A DNA stretch of 49,475 bases, from the NCBI GenBank assembly GCA_964512145.1, contig CAZEIM010000005.1, positions 27,942-77,416 on the forward strand, read 5' to 3'. Every line of letters starts with the position of its first letter. The first letter of the stretch is position 1. This stretch comes from an uncultured Flavobacteriales bacterium. Lineage in GTDB: Bacteria > Bacteroidota > Bacteroidia > Flavobacteriales_G > JALEGO01. A model generated the notes under the pieces. It saw only the letters and a list, made by a program, of their open reading frames with translations, was not told the DNA's origin and ran no database searches. Both the position numbers and the translations under genes were made by a program. Positions 28,499-40,448 of the stretch are shown one piece after another.

Positions 28499-28900
28499 AT
28501 GTTTAAGGTTTTTGTCATAGTTTTTTCTTTTTTATATATAAGTATCAGTTCAGGGGTATTTTTAAAAGCGCACTATTGCTCTGATCGATTTATTGAATTT
28601 AAAAGCTTCACAGACAATTCAAGCTGTTGTGGTGTTGAAAAAAAATCAAACAGTTATACCTCCGGCTGTTGCGATGATAAAATCATTGCGCTTTTTGTGT
28701 CTGAAGATCATATTCCAAGTTCAAATTCTTTCCTTCAACCTTTCATTATTATTTGGGTGAATTGCATTTCAAATTCTTTCCCAAGGCATCTCAAAATCTC
28801 ACCTTGTATCCTCCGGATATCTCTTTGGAAACATTCCCTATTCCTAAATATATTGCTTTTCAAGCTCTCAAGTTACTCGAACATCTTATTTAAAAATTAA
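28499..28900 (+). CDS. HYC_CC_PP family protein, possibly frameshifted near the C-terminus
   Basis: HYC, SCCG and GCCD motifs; the PP motif occurs only in the -1 frame (28810-28815). Confidence 0.7.
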   Translation: MFKVFVIVFSFLYISISSGVFLKAHYCSDRFIEFKSFTDNSSCCGVEKKSNSYTSGCCDDKIIALFVSEDHIPSSNSFLQPFIIIWVNCISNSFPRHLKISPCILRISLWKHSLFLNILLFKLSSYSNILFKN

Positions 28901-28993
28901 TTTCTTAAATCTTTATTTGATTTAATTGATTTATCTGTTTTCTATACCATTATAAAATAATAATTTTTTTAAAAAACTTTAATACTCAATCCT

Positions 28994-29326
28994 ATGAAAA
29001 AAATATTTTTTTTATGCCTTCTATTTTATACAGGCATATATTGTTCGTTTTCTCAAGCTAATACAGAAACTGTTTCATTTAAAGTGGAAGGAAACTGTGA
29101 AATGTGTAAAAATAGAATTGAAAATGCTATTTTACCATTAAAAGGGGTTATAAGTGCCGATTGGAATGTTGAAACTAAACTCTTAAAACTCACCTATAAA
29201 CCTCAAAAAATAGCCCTCAAAGATATACACCAAATTATTGCTGAAGTAGGGCATAGTACCGACTCCTTAGAAGCTAGTCCTGAAGCATATGAAAAACTTC
29301 ATCACTGTTGTAAATACAAAGAATAA
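28994..29326 (+). CDS. Exported heavy-metal-associated (HMA) domain protein
   Basis: Signal peptide; FKVEGNCEMCK; C-terminal YEKLHHCCKY. Confidence 0.88.
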   Translation: MKKIFFLCLLFYTGIYCSFSQANTETVSFKVEGNCEMCKNRIENAILPLKGVISADWNVETKLLKLTYKPQKIALKDIHQIIAEVGHSTDSLEASPEAYEKLHHCCKYKE

Positions 29327-29329
29327 ATT

Positions 29330-31570
29330 ATGAAAAGAGCATGTATTTCAGCGTTGATATTTATAATATCATCCCATAACATTTTTGGGCAAAAAATACA
29401 AGGAATGGTGTATGAAAAAAACTCAGCAGGAGACTCCATTCCATTATTTTCCTGCAATGTATATTGGAAAAATACCACCTTAGGAACTACCACGGCAAAA
29501 GACGGAACATTTATGATTAATTATCCTTCCAATGAATCTGTTTTGTACTTCCGATTTATTGGATATGAAATGGATAGCATAGTTATTCCTGTCCCAAAAG
29601 ATACTTTCGTGTTCATGCTACTCGTTCCGGAAAAAGAACTAAATACGGTAGTGGTAACCGCCATAAAAGAAAGCTCCATGTATTTAAAAAATCAAACCGC
29701 ACAAACATTGCATATTACCGAAAAAGAATTAAAAAAAGCAGCTTGTTGCAATTTATCAGAAAGTTTCGAAACTACGGCATCTGTTGATGTTAGTTTTACC
29801 GATGCTATGTTAGGATACAGGCAAATACAAATGTTGGGTTTAGAAGGAAAGTATTTAACCATTACAAAACATTGTATGCCATTTGTTCGCGGAATTTCCA
29901 CACAATATGGATTAAGTTTAATGCCCGGACCCTGGGTTGAAAGTATTCAACTTTCTAAAGGATTGGGTTCAGTAACGAATGGATTTGAAAGTATGACCGG
30001 GCAAATTAATGTTGAATTAAAAAATCCCGAAACAGACGTTAAACATCATTTAAACGGGTACATTAATCAAAACGGCAGAATGGAATATAATAGTTTTCAT
30101 AAAATTCCGATATCCAAAAATTTAAACTCTTCCCTGTTAGTTCATACCGGTGGGAGGCCTTGGGATCAAGATATGAATAAAGACGGTTTTAAAGATTCAC
30201 CGATTGGATATCAATACCACGTATTAAACTCATGGTTGTATGAATCTGAAAATGGATTTATATTTAAAGGTAATATTCGGTATGCCGAAGACATTAAAAC
30301 CGGAGGAAACATAGGCTTTGATAGAGGAATAAATAATGTAAATTATGGAGTTGGAATAGATATTAACCAATTTGAAGTAGATTTTAAAAGTGGATATGTT
30401 TTTCAAAACAGTCCATCCAAAAGTATTGGAATACAATTTTCTCAATCTTTTTCTCAGCATGAATCATTTTTTGGAAATACAATATACCAAGCAAAGCAAA
30501 CTGGACGATATGCTAATTTACTTTTTAAGGATATTATCAAAAACACCGATCATCAATATACAATGGGTGTTAGCGTATTGTCCGACTCATACCATGAACT
30601 TGTATCTTTAACAAATTTTCAAAGAGATGAACATGTTCCGGGCTTATTCTTAGAGTACACATGGACTATAAAAGAAAACTCGCAAATTATTGCTGGACAA
30701 AGAATAGACTATAACTCTTTGTTTGGATGGTTTTATACACCTAGGTTGCATGTAAAACATAGTTTAAATAATTTTTGGGATATACGAATTTCTGCTGGAA
30801 GAGGACAAAGAACGGCAAATATCTTTGCCGAAAATTATTCCAACCTGATATCATCAAGACAGTGGAGTATACTATCTCAAAGTACAACAGCTGCATATGG
30901 ATTTACCCCAGAAATCAGTTGGAATATTGGAGGAAGTATACATTACACGAAGAAAATAAACAAACACGAAATACAATGGATAAGCGATATATATTATACC
31001 CATTTCACCAATATGATTGTTAAAGACATTGATTTTTCGGCCACTCAATTGTTATGGTATGCGACAAAAGGTTCAAATGCATTAAGTATATCCTCTGAAA
31101 TAATCGCCAATATAAATCCTAGCTTAGAATGTAAAATGGCTTATAGATACTATCAAACAAATATTTCCTATTTAAAAGGAAATGATCAACTTCCGTTAAT
31201 TTCAAGAGATAAATTATTTTTAAACATAGCATGGGCTAGTAAGCAATCAATCAAAAAAATATACTGGAAATATGATGCAACCATTAGTTATAACAGTCCA
31301 AAAAGAATGCCCGAAACAAACTCCAGCCCGGCAGAATTTATCTTACCGGAGTTTTCTCCTCAAGTTACCATGCTAAATGCTCAAGTTAGCTTAGTTAAAA
31401 ACGAAAAATGGGAATATTATATTGGTTTAGAAAATATATTAAATATTACTCAGCAACAACTTATCATCAATCCTACTAATCCTTGGAATGAATATTTTGA
31501 TGCAAGTATTGTTTGGGGACCAATTTTTGGAAGAATGATATATGCAGGATTTAGGATAGATATAAGATGA
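29330..31570 (+). CDS. TonB-dependent receptor, metal-cluster associated
   Basis: CarboxypepD_reg-like N-domain; plug KAACCNLSESFET and IQLSKG.GSV.NG.ES..GQIN; C-terminal GP..GR..YAGFR. Confidence 0.9.
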   Translation: MKRACISALIFIISSHNIFGQKIQGMVYEKNSAGDSIPLFSCNVYWKNTTLGTTTAKDGTFMINYPSNESVLYFRFIGYEMDSIVIPVPKDTFVFMLLVPEKELNTVVVTAIKESSMYLKNQTAQTLHITEKELKKAACCNLSESFETTASVDVSFTDAMLGYRQIQMLGLEGKYLTITKHCMPFVRGISTQYGLSLMPGPWVESIQLSKGLGSVTNGFESMTGQINVELKNPETDVKHHLNGYINQNGRMEYNSFHKIPISKNLNSSLLVHTGGRPWDQDMNKDGFKDSPIGYQYHVLNSWLYESENGFIFKGNIRYAEDIKTGGNIGFDRGINNVNYGVGIDINQFEVDFKSGYVFQNSPSKSIGIQFSQSFSQHESFFGNTIYQAKQTGRYANLLFKDIIKNTDHQYTMGVSVLSDSYHELVSLTNFQRDEHVPGLFLEYTWTIKENSQIIAGQRIDYNSLFGWFYTPRLHVKHSLNNFWDIRISAGRGQRTANIFAENYSNLISSRQWSILSQSTTAAYGFTPEISWNIGGSIHYTKKINKHEIQWISDIYYTHFTNMIVKDIDFSATQLLWYATKGSNALSISSEIIANINPSLECKMAYRYYQTNISYLKGNDQLPLISRDKLFLNIAWASKQSIKKIYWKYDATISYNSPKRMPETNSSPAEFILPEFSPQVTMLNAQVSLVKNEKWEYYIGLENILNITQQQLIINPTNPWNEYFDASIVWGPIFGRMIYAGFRIDIR

Positions 31571-31603
31571 TATTAGTCGTATTACCTTACCAAAAACTTA
31601 TTA

Positions 31604-31611
31604 TATATTTG
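31604..31611 (+). promoter_or_regulatory. Bacteroidota -7 promoter element
   Basis: TATATTTG 16 bp upstream of the cytidylyltransferase start. Confidence 0.5.
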
Positions 31612-31627
31612 AAGTAATATAATTAAA

Positions 31628-32395
31628 TTGAGTCATAACGAAGTATTTATTATAATTCAGGCACGAATAGGATCTACCAGATTGCCTAGTAAAATGGTTT
31701 TACCTTTTTTCAACAACCTTTCAATTTTAGAAATAATCATTAAAAAAATTAAAACCATTCAACATAAAAACATTCATATTGTATTAGCTACTTCTAATCA
31801 GCCTGAAAATAACGTATTAATACATTTAGCTGTAAAAGAAGATATCCTATACTTTTCAGGTGATGAACAGAATGTTTTAAAAAGATATATAGATTGCGCT
31901 AATCATTTTAATGCTGAAAAAATTATTAGAATTTGTGCCGACAACCCATTTCTGGATTTAGAGTTACTAAAAAATATTATACAAGAGCAAAACAATAGCA
32001 CTTACGATTATATTGCGTATAAAGTAAATGATACCCCATCCATTAAAACACATTACGGGTTTTTCTCTGAGTTTGTACATTTAGAAGCATTAAAAAAAGC
32101 ATATGCCAACACTACAGAAAAAATTTATTTAGAACACGTAACCAATTATATTTATTCTTTTGAAGATAATTTCTCCATCCATTGGCTAGATGCACCAAAA
32201 GAAATTTCTAATGCTCACAACATCCGATTAACAGTAGATGATTTGCAAGATTTTGAGCTTTGTAAAAAATTATATCAAGAACTCTACGAAAAATATAATA
32301 TTAACTTTGGATATAAAGAAGTATTAACCCATTTACTTCAGAATAAGCAATATATGAGTGTAATGGAGCAAAATATTTTAAAATATGAAAAATAA
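31628..32395 (+). CDS. SpsF-like cytidylyltransferase
   Basis: IIQARIGSTRLPSK, G.E.NVL.R, IRICADNPF, EHVT and RLTVD motifs. Confidence 0.88.
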   Translation: MSHNEVFIIIQARIGSTRLPSKMVLPFFNNLSILEIIIKKIKTIQHKNIHIVLATSNQPENNVLIHLAVKEDILYFSGDEQNVLKRYIDCANHFNAEKIIRICADNPFLDLELLKNIIQEQNNSTYDYIAYKVNDTPSIKTHYGFFSEFVHLEALKKAYANTTEKIYLEHVTNYIYSFEDNFSIHWLDAPKEISNAHNIRLTVDDLQDFELCKKLYQELYEKYNINFGYKEVLTHLLQNKQYMSVMEQNILKYEK

Positions 32396-33430
32396 ATCAG
32401 TCTACATTATTGGTGAAATAGGCCAAAACCACAATGGTTCTGTTGATATAGCAAAATTAATGATAGAATTATCCTCAAAACCAATAAAAGAAGATTTATT
32501 CGGATTACCATTAAAGCCCATAAATGCTATTAAACTTACAAAAAGAGACTTAAAAGAAGAATTATCTTCCTCACAAATGTCAAAACCCTACGATTCTCCG
32601 CACTCATTTGGAAAAACATATGGCGAACATCGGGAGTTTTTAGAATTATCGGATGAAGAGCATTTTGAATGCTACAAACATGCTAAAGCATATGGTTTTG
32701 ATTTTGTTGAAACACTATGCGCTACCGGATGCTTAAGTATGTTAAAACTATTTACGCCCGACAAGCTAAAGGTTGCCAGTAGAGATTTAACAAATCATCC
32801 ATTGTTATCTGCATTAGCAGAAACAAAAATTCCTATCATTCTTTCAACGGGAATGGCAGGTAAAAAGGAATTAGATGAAGCCCTGCAAATTATTATGAAC
32901 TATCATGATAATATTTCAATTTTACACTGTGTTTCAGAATACCCCACTCAACCTCAACATGTTAATTTAAATACTATACCATATCTCATTAAAAATTACC
33001 CAAATTTCACCATTGGTTACTCAGATCATACTATAGGCATATCTGTGCCGGTAGCAGCTGTTGCTATGGGAGCAGCTATTATTGAAAAACATATCACCAT
33101 TGACCGAAGAATGAAAGGAACAGATCAGGCAGGATCATTAGGTCCTGATGGATTAAACCGAATGGTTAGAGATATTCGATTACTCGAAATGTCTTTCGGA
33201 AAAGAAGATATTTTTATAGATCCTTCAGTAAATTCAGCAAAAAGTAAGCTAGAAAGATCCATTGCTAGTAATAGAGCGATTAAAGAAGGCGAAATTATTT
33301 CAGAATCAGACATACACTTACTTTCACCGGGCGATGGATTTAAATGGTCTGAAATAAGTCAAGTCATTGGTAAAAAAGCAAAAAACAACATTCCGGCAAA
33401 TGAAATTATTTACTCAAATATGATTGAAAA

Positions 33431-33434
<4 letters not shown>
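32385..33434 (+). CDS. NeuB-family nonulosonate synthase (KDN-9-phosphate synthase-like) with SAF domain
   Basis: EIGQNHNGS, KVAS.D, ILSTGM, LHCVSEYP, GYSDH and IEKHIT motifs; resembles Bacteroides KDN-9-P synthase as recalled. Confidence 0.9.
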
Positions 33435-34691
<1,257 letters not shown>

Positions 34692-34746
34692 GCTATCTAT
34701 TCATAATGTATTAATTTTTACCATCTTTGTACAAAATTTAGTTTAC

Positions 34747-35730
34747 ATGTTAACTTTTACTAAACAACAAATTCTAGATATTTATAACAAACCATTACTA
34801 GATTTGATATACGAAGCGGCTACAGTGCACCGCAAAAATTTTAATCCAAACGAAATACAAGTTAGCTCTTTGTTATCGATAAAAACAGGCGGTTGTCCGG
34901 AGGATTGTGGCTATTGTCCACAAGCAGCAAGATATCAAACACACGTAAAAGCACATAAAATGTTAGATGTAGCAGAAGTTGTAAACGCTGCTAAGAATGC
35001 CAAAGAAAATGGGAGCTCTAGAATGTGTTTGGGGGCAGCTTGGAGAGAAGTTCGTGACAACAGAGATTTTGACAAAGTGCTTGAAATGGTTAAAGAAATA
35101 AATGCACTGGATATGGAAGTATGTTGTACCTTAGGTATGCTAACAGAAGAACAGGCTAAAAAACTAGAAGAAGCGGGTTTATATGCCTACAATCACAATT
35201 TAGATACATCAGAAGAATATTATGGAGATATTATTTCTACTAGAACGTATGACGATCGATTAAACACGATAAAAAATGTTCGAAAAACAAATATAACCGT
35301 GTGCTCAGGAGGTATAATAGGCATGGGAGAATCGGTAGAAGATCGAATAAATATGTTGTATACTTTAGCAAACATGAACCCTCAACCGGAATCGGTTCCC
35401 ATTAACACATTAGTAGCTGTAGAAGGCACTCCACTTGAACAACAACAAGAAACACCCACTTGGGATTTATTAAGAATGATTGCTACTACACGAATTGTAA
35501 TGCCCAAATCTTATGTTCGTTTGTCGGCTGGTAGAAAAGGAAGAGTGATGGAAGCGCAGGCACTTTGTTTTTTAGCTGGAGCAAATTCTATTTTTGCAGG
35601 AGATACATTGCTAACAACACCAAATCCTGAATTTAATGAAGATAAAGCATTATTTTCAATACTAGGCTTAACACCTAAAGAAAGTACTCATAGTAAAAAA
35701 GAGATAAAACAAGAAAAAACGTTGGTTTAA
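34747..35730 (+). CDS. bioB: Biotin synthase
   Basis: [15 protein letters not shown] radical-SAM motif; [21 protein letters not shown] and RLSAGR. Confidence 0.97.
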   Translation: MLTFTKQQILDIYNKPLLDLIYEAATVHRKNFNPNEIQVSSLLSIKTGGCPEDCGYCPQAARYQTHVKAHKMLDVAEVVNAAKNAKENGSSRMCLGAAWREVRDNRDFDKVLEMVKEINALDMEVCCTLGMLTEEQAKKLEEAGLYAYNHNLDTSEEYYGDIISTRTYDDRLNTIKNVRKTNITVCSGGIIGMGESVEDRINMLYTLANMNPQPESVPINTLVAVEGTPLEQQQETPTWDLLRMIATTRIVMPKSYVRLSAGRKGRVMEAQALCFLAGANSIFAGDTLLTTPNPEFNEDKALFSILGLTPKESTHSKKEIKQEKTLV

Positions 35731-35739
35731 GAGAGTTTT

Positions 35740-36690
35740 TTAGCTCATTAAACCCCTTCCTGTTTTTTTAATTAAACCTTTTTTATTCAGGTAATCTACC
35801 ACTTTATCTAAAATTCCATTAACAAAAACATGGCTTTTATCCGTACTATAATCTTTTGCTAAATCAATATATTCATTTAAAGTTACCTTAACCGGCACAC
35901 TATTCATATGCAATAATTCAGTAATTCCTAATATAAGTATAATTCTATCTAAAAAAGCAATTCTTTCATAATCCCAATTCTCCGCTTTTTCTTTAATAAT
36001 TTTCTCATACTCAGCCATATTTTGGACTGCTTTTCGTATCAAGTCTTTTAAAAACTCTCTGTCATCTTCATCTTTATACATTTGACTAAAAACAATTTCC
36101 GATTCTGGTGTATTCGGATTAATTCTTTCTAATACTTGAAAGAGTTTACTTTGAGCAAACAATAAATCATCGTACCAAAAAATATTTTTTTCCTCAAGCC
36201 AATGATTTAATAGTTCCGAATCTACTATAATTTGAGTAAAAATATTAACAACAAGGTTTTTATCATCTACATATGAGTTTTTAGGAGCACTCATATATTC
36301 CTTGTAAAAATCACTCTCCAATAAAATTTTGAAAAGTTTTTTAATCATTTCAACATCATCTCCTATCCATTGTATTTTTTTAGTCTGCAATAAAGATTGT
36401 AACAATTTATTAGATTCTAGTTGACATAAAACCTTATTTTCAACAAATCGTAAATTTGGATTTAAATCCTCCTGAGTAGGGAGCCTTTTTTGTTTATTTT
36501 TCTCAATTTGTAATCGAGCTTGATGTAAAATTTCAATAGGTACAGAAATTAAATATAAATATAAATCCAATATTTTTTCAATATTTCGATATACCTCTTG
36601 TTCTGCCTTGGGCAGGTTTTTATCATCCGATTGTAAATAAATATATAGAGCTTGTAAAGCTTTTAATCGAAGATGTCTTCTATTGAGCAT
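35740..36690 (-). CDS. nusB: Transcription antitermination factor NusB (long Bacteroidota form)
   Basis: Starts MLNRRHLRLK; C-terminal NWD.ERIA..D, VPVKVTLNEYI.LAK.YS and FVNGILD; TACATTTG promoter at 36709-36716 supports the 36690 start. Confidence 0.93.
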   Translation of the reverse strand: MLNRRHLRLKALQALYIYLQSDDKNLPKAEQEVYRNIEKILDLYLYLISVPIEILHQARLQIEKNKQKRLPTQEDLNPNLRFVENKVLCQLESNKLLQSLLQTKKIQWIGDDVEMIKKLFKILLESDFYKEYMSAPKNSYVDDKNLVVNIFTQIIVDSELLNHWLEEKNIFWYDDLLFAQSKLFQVLERINPNTPESEIVFSQMYKDEDDREFLKDLIRKAVQNMAEYEKIIKEKAENWDYERIAFLDRIILILGITELLHMNSVPVKVTLNEYIDLAKDYSTDKSHVFVNGILDKVVDYLNKKGLIKKTGRGLMS

Positions 36691-36813
36691 GTAAAAAAAC
36701 GTAAAAGACAAATGTATAGGATTCAATTATTGAATGCAAGAAAATAACTTGAAACAAACAATATTTTATAAGTTCTAGTATATAAAGGTGCAGAAAAAAT
36801 TATCACATTTCTA

Positions 36814-36821
36814 TATATTTG
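36814..36821 (+). promoter_or_regulatory. Bacteroidota -7 promoter element
   Basis: TATATTTG upstream of the TlpA-DUF6029-Omp28 operon. Confidence 0.45.
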
Positions 36822-36860
36822 TATGTTTGGAATGAACTTTGTAATAAAATATTCTAAAAT

Positions 36861-37364
36861 ATGTTTCGATTAATCATAAAAAAAATAACTATTCTCTTTT
36901 GTGTAAATTTTATTTTTTCGATTTCTTTTTCACAATCGATTCCTCAAGTTGATATAAAAAAACTTTCTGGTGAAAACTTTAACACAAAAGATTTATACAA
37001 CGATGGAAAACCTATGATAATTAGCTTTTGGGCTACTTGGTGTGCACCCTGTAAAAAAGAATTAAATGCCATAGCAGAGGTATATGAAGATTGGCAGGCT
37101 GAAACAGGAGTAAAACTTATTGCTATTTCCATTGATGATTCAAGAAACACTCAAAAGGTTGCTCCGTACGTTAATACTCAAGAATGGGAGTATGAAGTAT
37201 ATTTAGATCCAAATGGTGATTTTAAACGCGCCTTAAATGTAAATACCGTGCCTCATACATTTTTAATAGATGGTTCGGGTTCAATTGTTTGGCAACATAA
37301 TTCTTATGCACCCGGTAACGAAGATGAATTATTTATCAAAATCAAGGAAATTGCAAATCCATAA
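36861..37364 (+). CDS. TlpA-family thiol-disulfide oxidoreductase
   Basis: Signal peptide; SFWATWCAPCKKEL; cis-Pro motif VPHTF. Confidence 0.92.
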   Translation: MFRLIIKKITILFCVNFIFSISFSQSIPQVDIKKLSGENFNTKDLYNDGKPMIISFWATWCAPCKKELNAIAEVYEDWQAETGVKLIAISIDDSRNTQKVAPYVNTQEWEYEVYLDPNGDFKRALNVNTVPHTFLIDGSGSIVWQHNSYAPGNEDELFIKIKEIANP

Positions 37365-38997
37365 AGTTTCTATTTATATTATTGTAACTTATTTTGCTAT
37401 TAAAGCGAATGCTCTGTTTAGTCAATCCGTATTAAATAAAGGAGAGATTCACGGAAACTTTCAAATAGATGCTCAATTTTACAATGAAGACACATTAATT
37501 AATGCAGCAGTTTCTCCAGAAAGACTTTCTAACAATGCCTTTGCTAATTTAATTTATACCAATGGTGATTTTATGGCCGGATTACGATTTGAAAGCTACT
37601 TAAACACCTTGCAAGGTTTTTCTCCACAATACAATGGAACAGGTATTCCATATCGTTTCGCTACGTTTAAAAAAGATATGTTTAAAATAACTGCCGGAAG
37701 TTTTTACGAACAATTTGGAAGTGGAGTGTTATTAAGAAGCTACGAAGAAAGGGGGCTTGGGTATGATAATGCCTTTGATGGTGTGCAAGTAATAGTAAAT
37801 CCTATAAAAGGTTTAATACTAAAAAGTTTAGTAGGAAAACAAAGAAAGTATTTTACAAAAGGGGAAGGAATTGTTAGGGGAATTGATGGGGAATGGTTTT
37901 TAAACGAAACCTTCGACTCTCTTTCCGGTAAAATTAATATTTCATTGGGCGGAAGTTTTGTAAGTAAATATCAAGCAGATGAAAATTCTCAATTTAATTT
38001 ACCTGAAAATGTTGCGGCATTAAGCGGAAGAATCTCTATTTTTAATAACAAATTTAGAGTATTCGGAGAATATGCCTATAAAATAAACGACCCATCAACC
38101 AATAACGGTTATATTTATAAACCAGGAGAAGCACTAGTGGTTCAAATGTCTTATTTTACCAAAGGATTTGGTTTTTCAGCTGATTTTAAACGAATCGATA
38201 ATATGAGTTTTCGATCAGAAAGAGATGCTATATTAAGTGATGTATTAATAAATTATATACCTGCATTTAACAGACAACATACGTATAATTTATTAGCAAC
38301 ACTTTATCCATACGCTGTTCAACTAAACGGTGAAATAGGCGGGCAAACTGAACTATCCTATAATTTTCCGAAAGGAAGTTCATTAGGAGGTAAATACGGT
38401 ACCAAAATACTTTTAAACTATTCGTTTGCATACAATTTAGACACTACATTGCTTAATGATTTAGAAAGCACTAGATATGGTTATAAAGCATCATTTTTTT
38501 CATTCGGAGAACAGTATTTTTCCGATATGAATGTAGAAATTCAAAAAAAGTGGAGTAAAAAAATCAGAACACTCTTCACCTATGCCAATTTAACGTATAA
38601 TAAAGATGTTATAGAAGGAAAAATTAATTACGGCTTAATTCACTCTAATGTTGGTGTAATAGACTTTTCTTATAAAATAAATTCAAAACACAACATCAGA
38701 AGTGAAGTTCAAGGATTATTTACCAAACAAGATCAAGGCAACTGGGGTACTGTTTTGGTAGAGTATACTTTTGCTCCTCACTGGTTTTTTGCTGTAATGG
38801 ATCAATATAATTATGGAAATAAAGATGAAAGCCTTCGATTACATTACTTCATAACCTCTTGTGGTTACATGAAAGATACTCAGAGAATTTCTTTAACCTA
38901 TGGAAGGCAACGAGCGGGAATTTTTTGCGTTGGAGGAGTATGCCGAAATGTACCCGCTTCCAATGGATTAACATTAACGATTACCAGCACATTTTAA
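37324..38997 (+). CDS. DUF6029 family outer-membrane protein (start uncertain; ORF open from 37270)
   Basis: FYEQFGSG..LR..E.R.LG.DN; C-terminal RQRAGIFCVGGVCR.VP; TlpA/Omp28 neighbourhood. Confidence 0.75.
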   Translation: MNYLSKSRKLQIHKVSIYIIVTYFAIKANALFSQSVLNKGEIHGNFQIDAQFYNEDTLINAAVSPERLSNNAFANLIYTNGDFMAGLRFESYLNTLQGFSPQYNGTGIPYRFATFKKDMFKITAGSFYEQFGSGVLLRSYEERGLGYDNAFDGVQVIVNPIKGLILKSLVGKQRKYFTKGEGIVRGIDGEWFLNETFDSLSGKINISLGGSFVSKYQADENSQFNLPENVAALSGRISIFNNKFRVFGEYAYKINDPSTNNGYIYKPGEALVVQMSYFTKGFGFSADFKRIDNMSFRSERDAILSDVLINYIPAFNRQHTYNLLATLYPYAVQLNGEIGGQTELSYNFPKGSSLGGKYGTKILLNYSFAYNLDTTLLNDLESTRYGYKASFFSFGEQYFSDMNVEIQKKWSKKIRTLFTYANLTYNKDVIEGKINYGLIHSNVGVIDFSYKINSKHNIRSEVQGLFTKQDQGNWGTVLVEYTFAPHWFFAVMDQYNYGNKDESLRLHYFITSCGYMKDTQRISLTYGRQRAGIFCVGGVCRNVPASNGLTLTITSTF

Positions 38998-39002
38998 TTA
39001 AT

Positions 39003-39854
39003 ATGAAGTATATTTTAATGATTATTTCAATGTATTTTACTTTACAATCATGCGATAAAATACAACAACCCATAGAAAAAAAAGACCTTATAGAGGTGCC
39101 TGATAGTATTTTGTATGATACAGTATTTTCAGAAAAATCAAATTCTAAAAAAATTATGTTGTTAGAAGAATTTACTGGTTTTAAATGTCCTAATTGCCCT
39201 GATGGAACAAAAAAACTAAATCAATTATTAAACACATATAGTGACCAGTTAATTGCGGTTTCTATTCATGCGGGGATTTTTGCAGTACCTACATCCAATA
39301 GCGCAGACAATTCATTTACAAATGATTATAGAACAAATGACGGAGAAACTTATATGGAAACATTTTTAGTGGAAGGATTTCCATCGGGTATGGTAAACCG
39401 AATGTTTTCTGGAAATAAGTTTGTAGTAGGAAAAGATGAATGGGAAACCCGAATAAACGTTTTAAAAGATGAAACACCAAAATATTCAGTGCAATTTTTA
39501 AACTTATACAACGATTCTTTGAATATTTTAAAAACTGAAATCACATTAAATAAACTAACCTCTTTAACAGAACCGGTTAAGGTATCAGCATTCATTATTG
39601 AAAATAAAATCATAGACTGGCAAATTGACAATGCCAACATATTAAGTGATTACGAGCATAACTATGTATTAAGAAGAACACTAAACGGAACATGGGGAGA
39701 TGATGTTATTTGGAATGATAATACCTTTATGGTATCATATCAAATAAATCCAGAAACTACTTGGAATTTACAAAATACTCAAGTCGTTGTATTTGTATAC
39801 AATTCCGATACAAAAGAAATTTATCAAAGCAACATAGCTCGTATTACTTCATGA
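39003..39854 (+). CDS. Omp28-related outer-membrane lipoprotein
   Basis: Lipobox LQSC after ATG at 39003; LEEFTGFKCPNCP, IH, FPSG.VNR and YEHNYVLR motifs. Confidence 0.88.
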   Translation: MKYILMIISMYFTLQSCDKIQQPIEKKDLIEVPDSILYDTVFSEKSNSKKIMLLEEFTGFKCPNCPDGTKKLNQLLNTYSDQLIAVSIHAGIFAVPTSNSADNSFTNDYRTNDGETYMETFLVEGFPSGMVNRMFSGNKFVVGKDEWETRINVLKDETPKYSVQFLNLYNDSLNILKTEITLNKLTSLTEPVKVSAFIIENKIIDWQIDNANILSDYEHNYVLRRTLNGTWGDDVIWNDNTFMVSYQINPETTWNLQNTQVVVFVYNSDTKEIYQSNIARITS

Positions 39855-40444
39855 GTTATAACATAATTAGATTCATTTTAATATGTACAGTATGTATATA
39901 CTCAACATTTGCTTTTTCACAAGAAGATTTTTATATAAAATTGGCAAATTCGGCAGAAGGGTTAACTCATCAACATGTACAGTATGACGGTTCCTATTAT
40001 ACCATTTCTTATCCAAACGGAGATGTTCCTTCAAATAAAGGAGTTTGTACAGATGTAGTTATAAGAGCGTACCGAAAAATGGACATCGATTTACAAAAAG
40101 AAGTACATGAAGATATGAAAGCCAATTTTCAAGTATATCCTAAACATTGGGGATTAAAAACTACCGACAAAAATATTGACCACCGTAGAGTTCCTAACTT
40201 AATGACTTTTTTTAAAAGAAAAGGGGTTGTAAAGTCCATTACTCAAAACCCTAAAGATTATGCTCCCGGAGACATTGTATGTTGGGATTTAGGTAGAGGA
40301 ATTACACACATTGGAATTGTTGTAAATAAAAAATCAACCGATCAAAATAGATATTTAATAGCACATAATATTGGAGCGGGTCAAGTAATAGAAGATTGCT
40401 TATTTTCTTACACAATTATTGGACATTATCAATTTAAAAAATAA
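39851..40444 (+). CDS. DUF1287 (YijF-like) protein
   Basis: YD.SY..I.YPNGDVP..GVCTDVVIRAYR, D.NIDHRRVPNL and HIGIV...HNIG motifs; ATGA-coupled start at 39851. Confidence 0.9.
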   Translation: MSYNIIRFILICTVCIYSTFAFSQEDFYIKLANSAEGLTHQHVQYDGSYYTISYPNGDVPSNKGVCTDVVIRAYRKMDIDLQKEVHEDMKANFQVYPKHWGLKTTDKNIDHRRVPNLMTFFKRKGVVKSITQNPKDYAPGDIVCWDLGRGITHIGIVVNKKSTDQNRYLIAHNIGAGQVIEDCLFSYTIIGHYQFKK

Positions 40445-40448
40445 CTTC

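Noticed and set aside
38859-40448. Long N-terminal extensions in the ORF track for Omp28, DUF1287 and the YESQA protein
   Set aside because: Downstream ATGs (39003, 39851, 40449) give proper signal peptides and normal gene spacing
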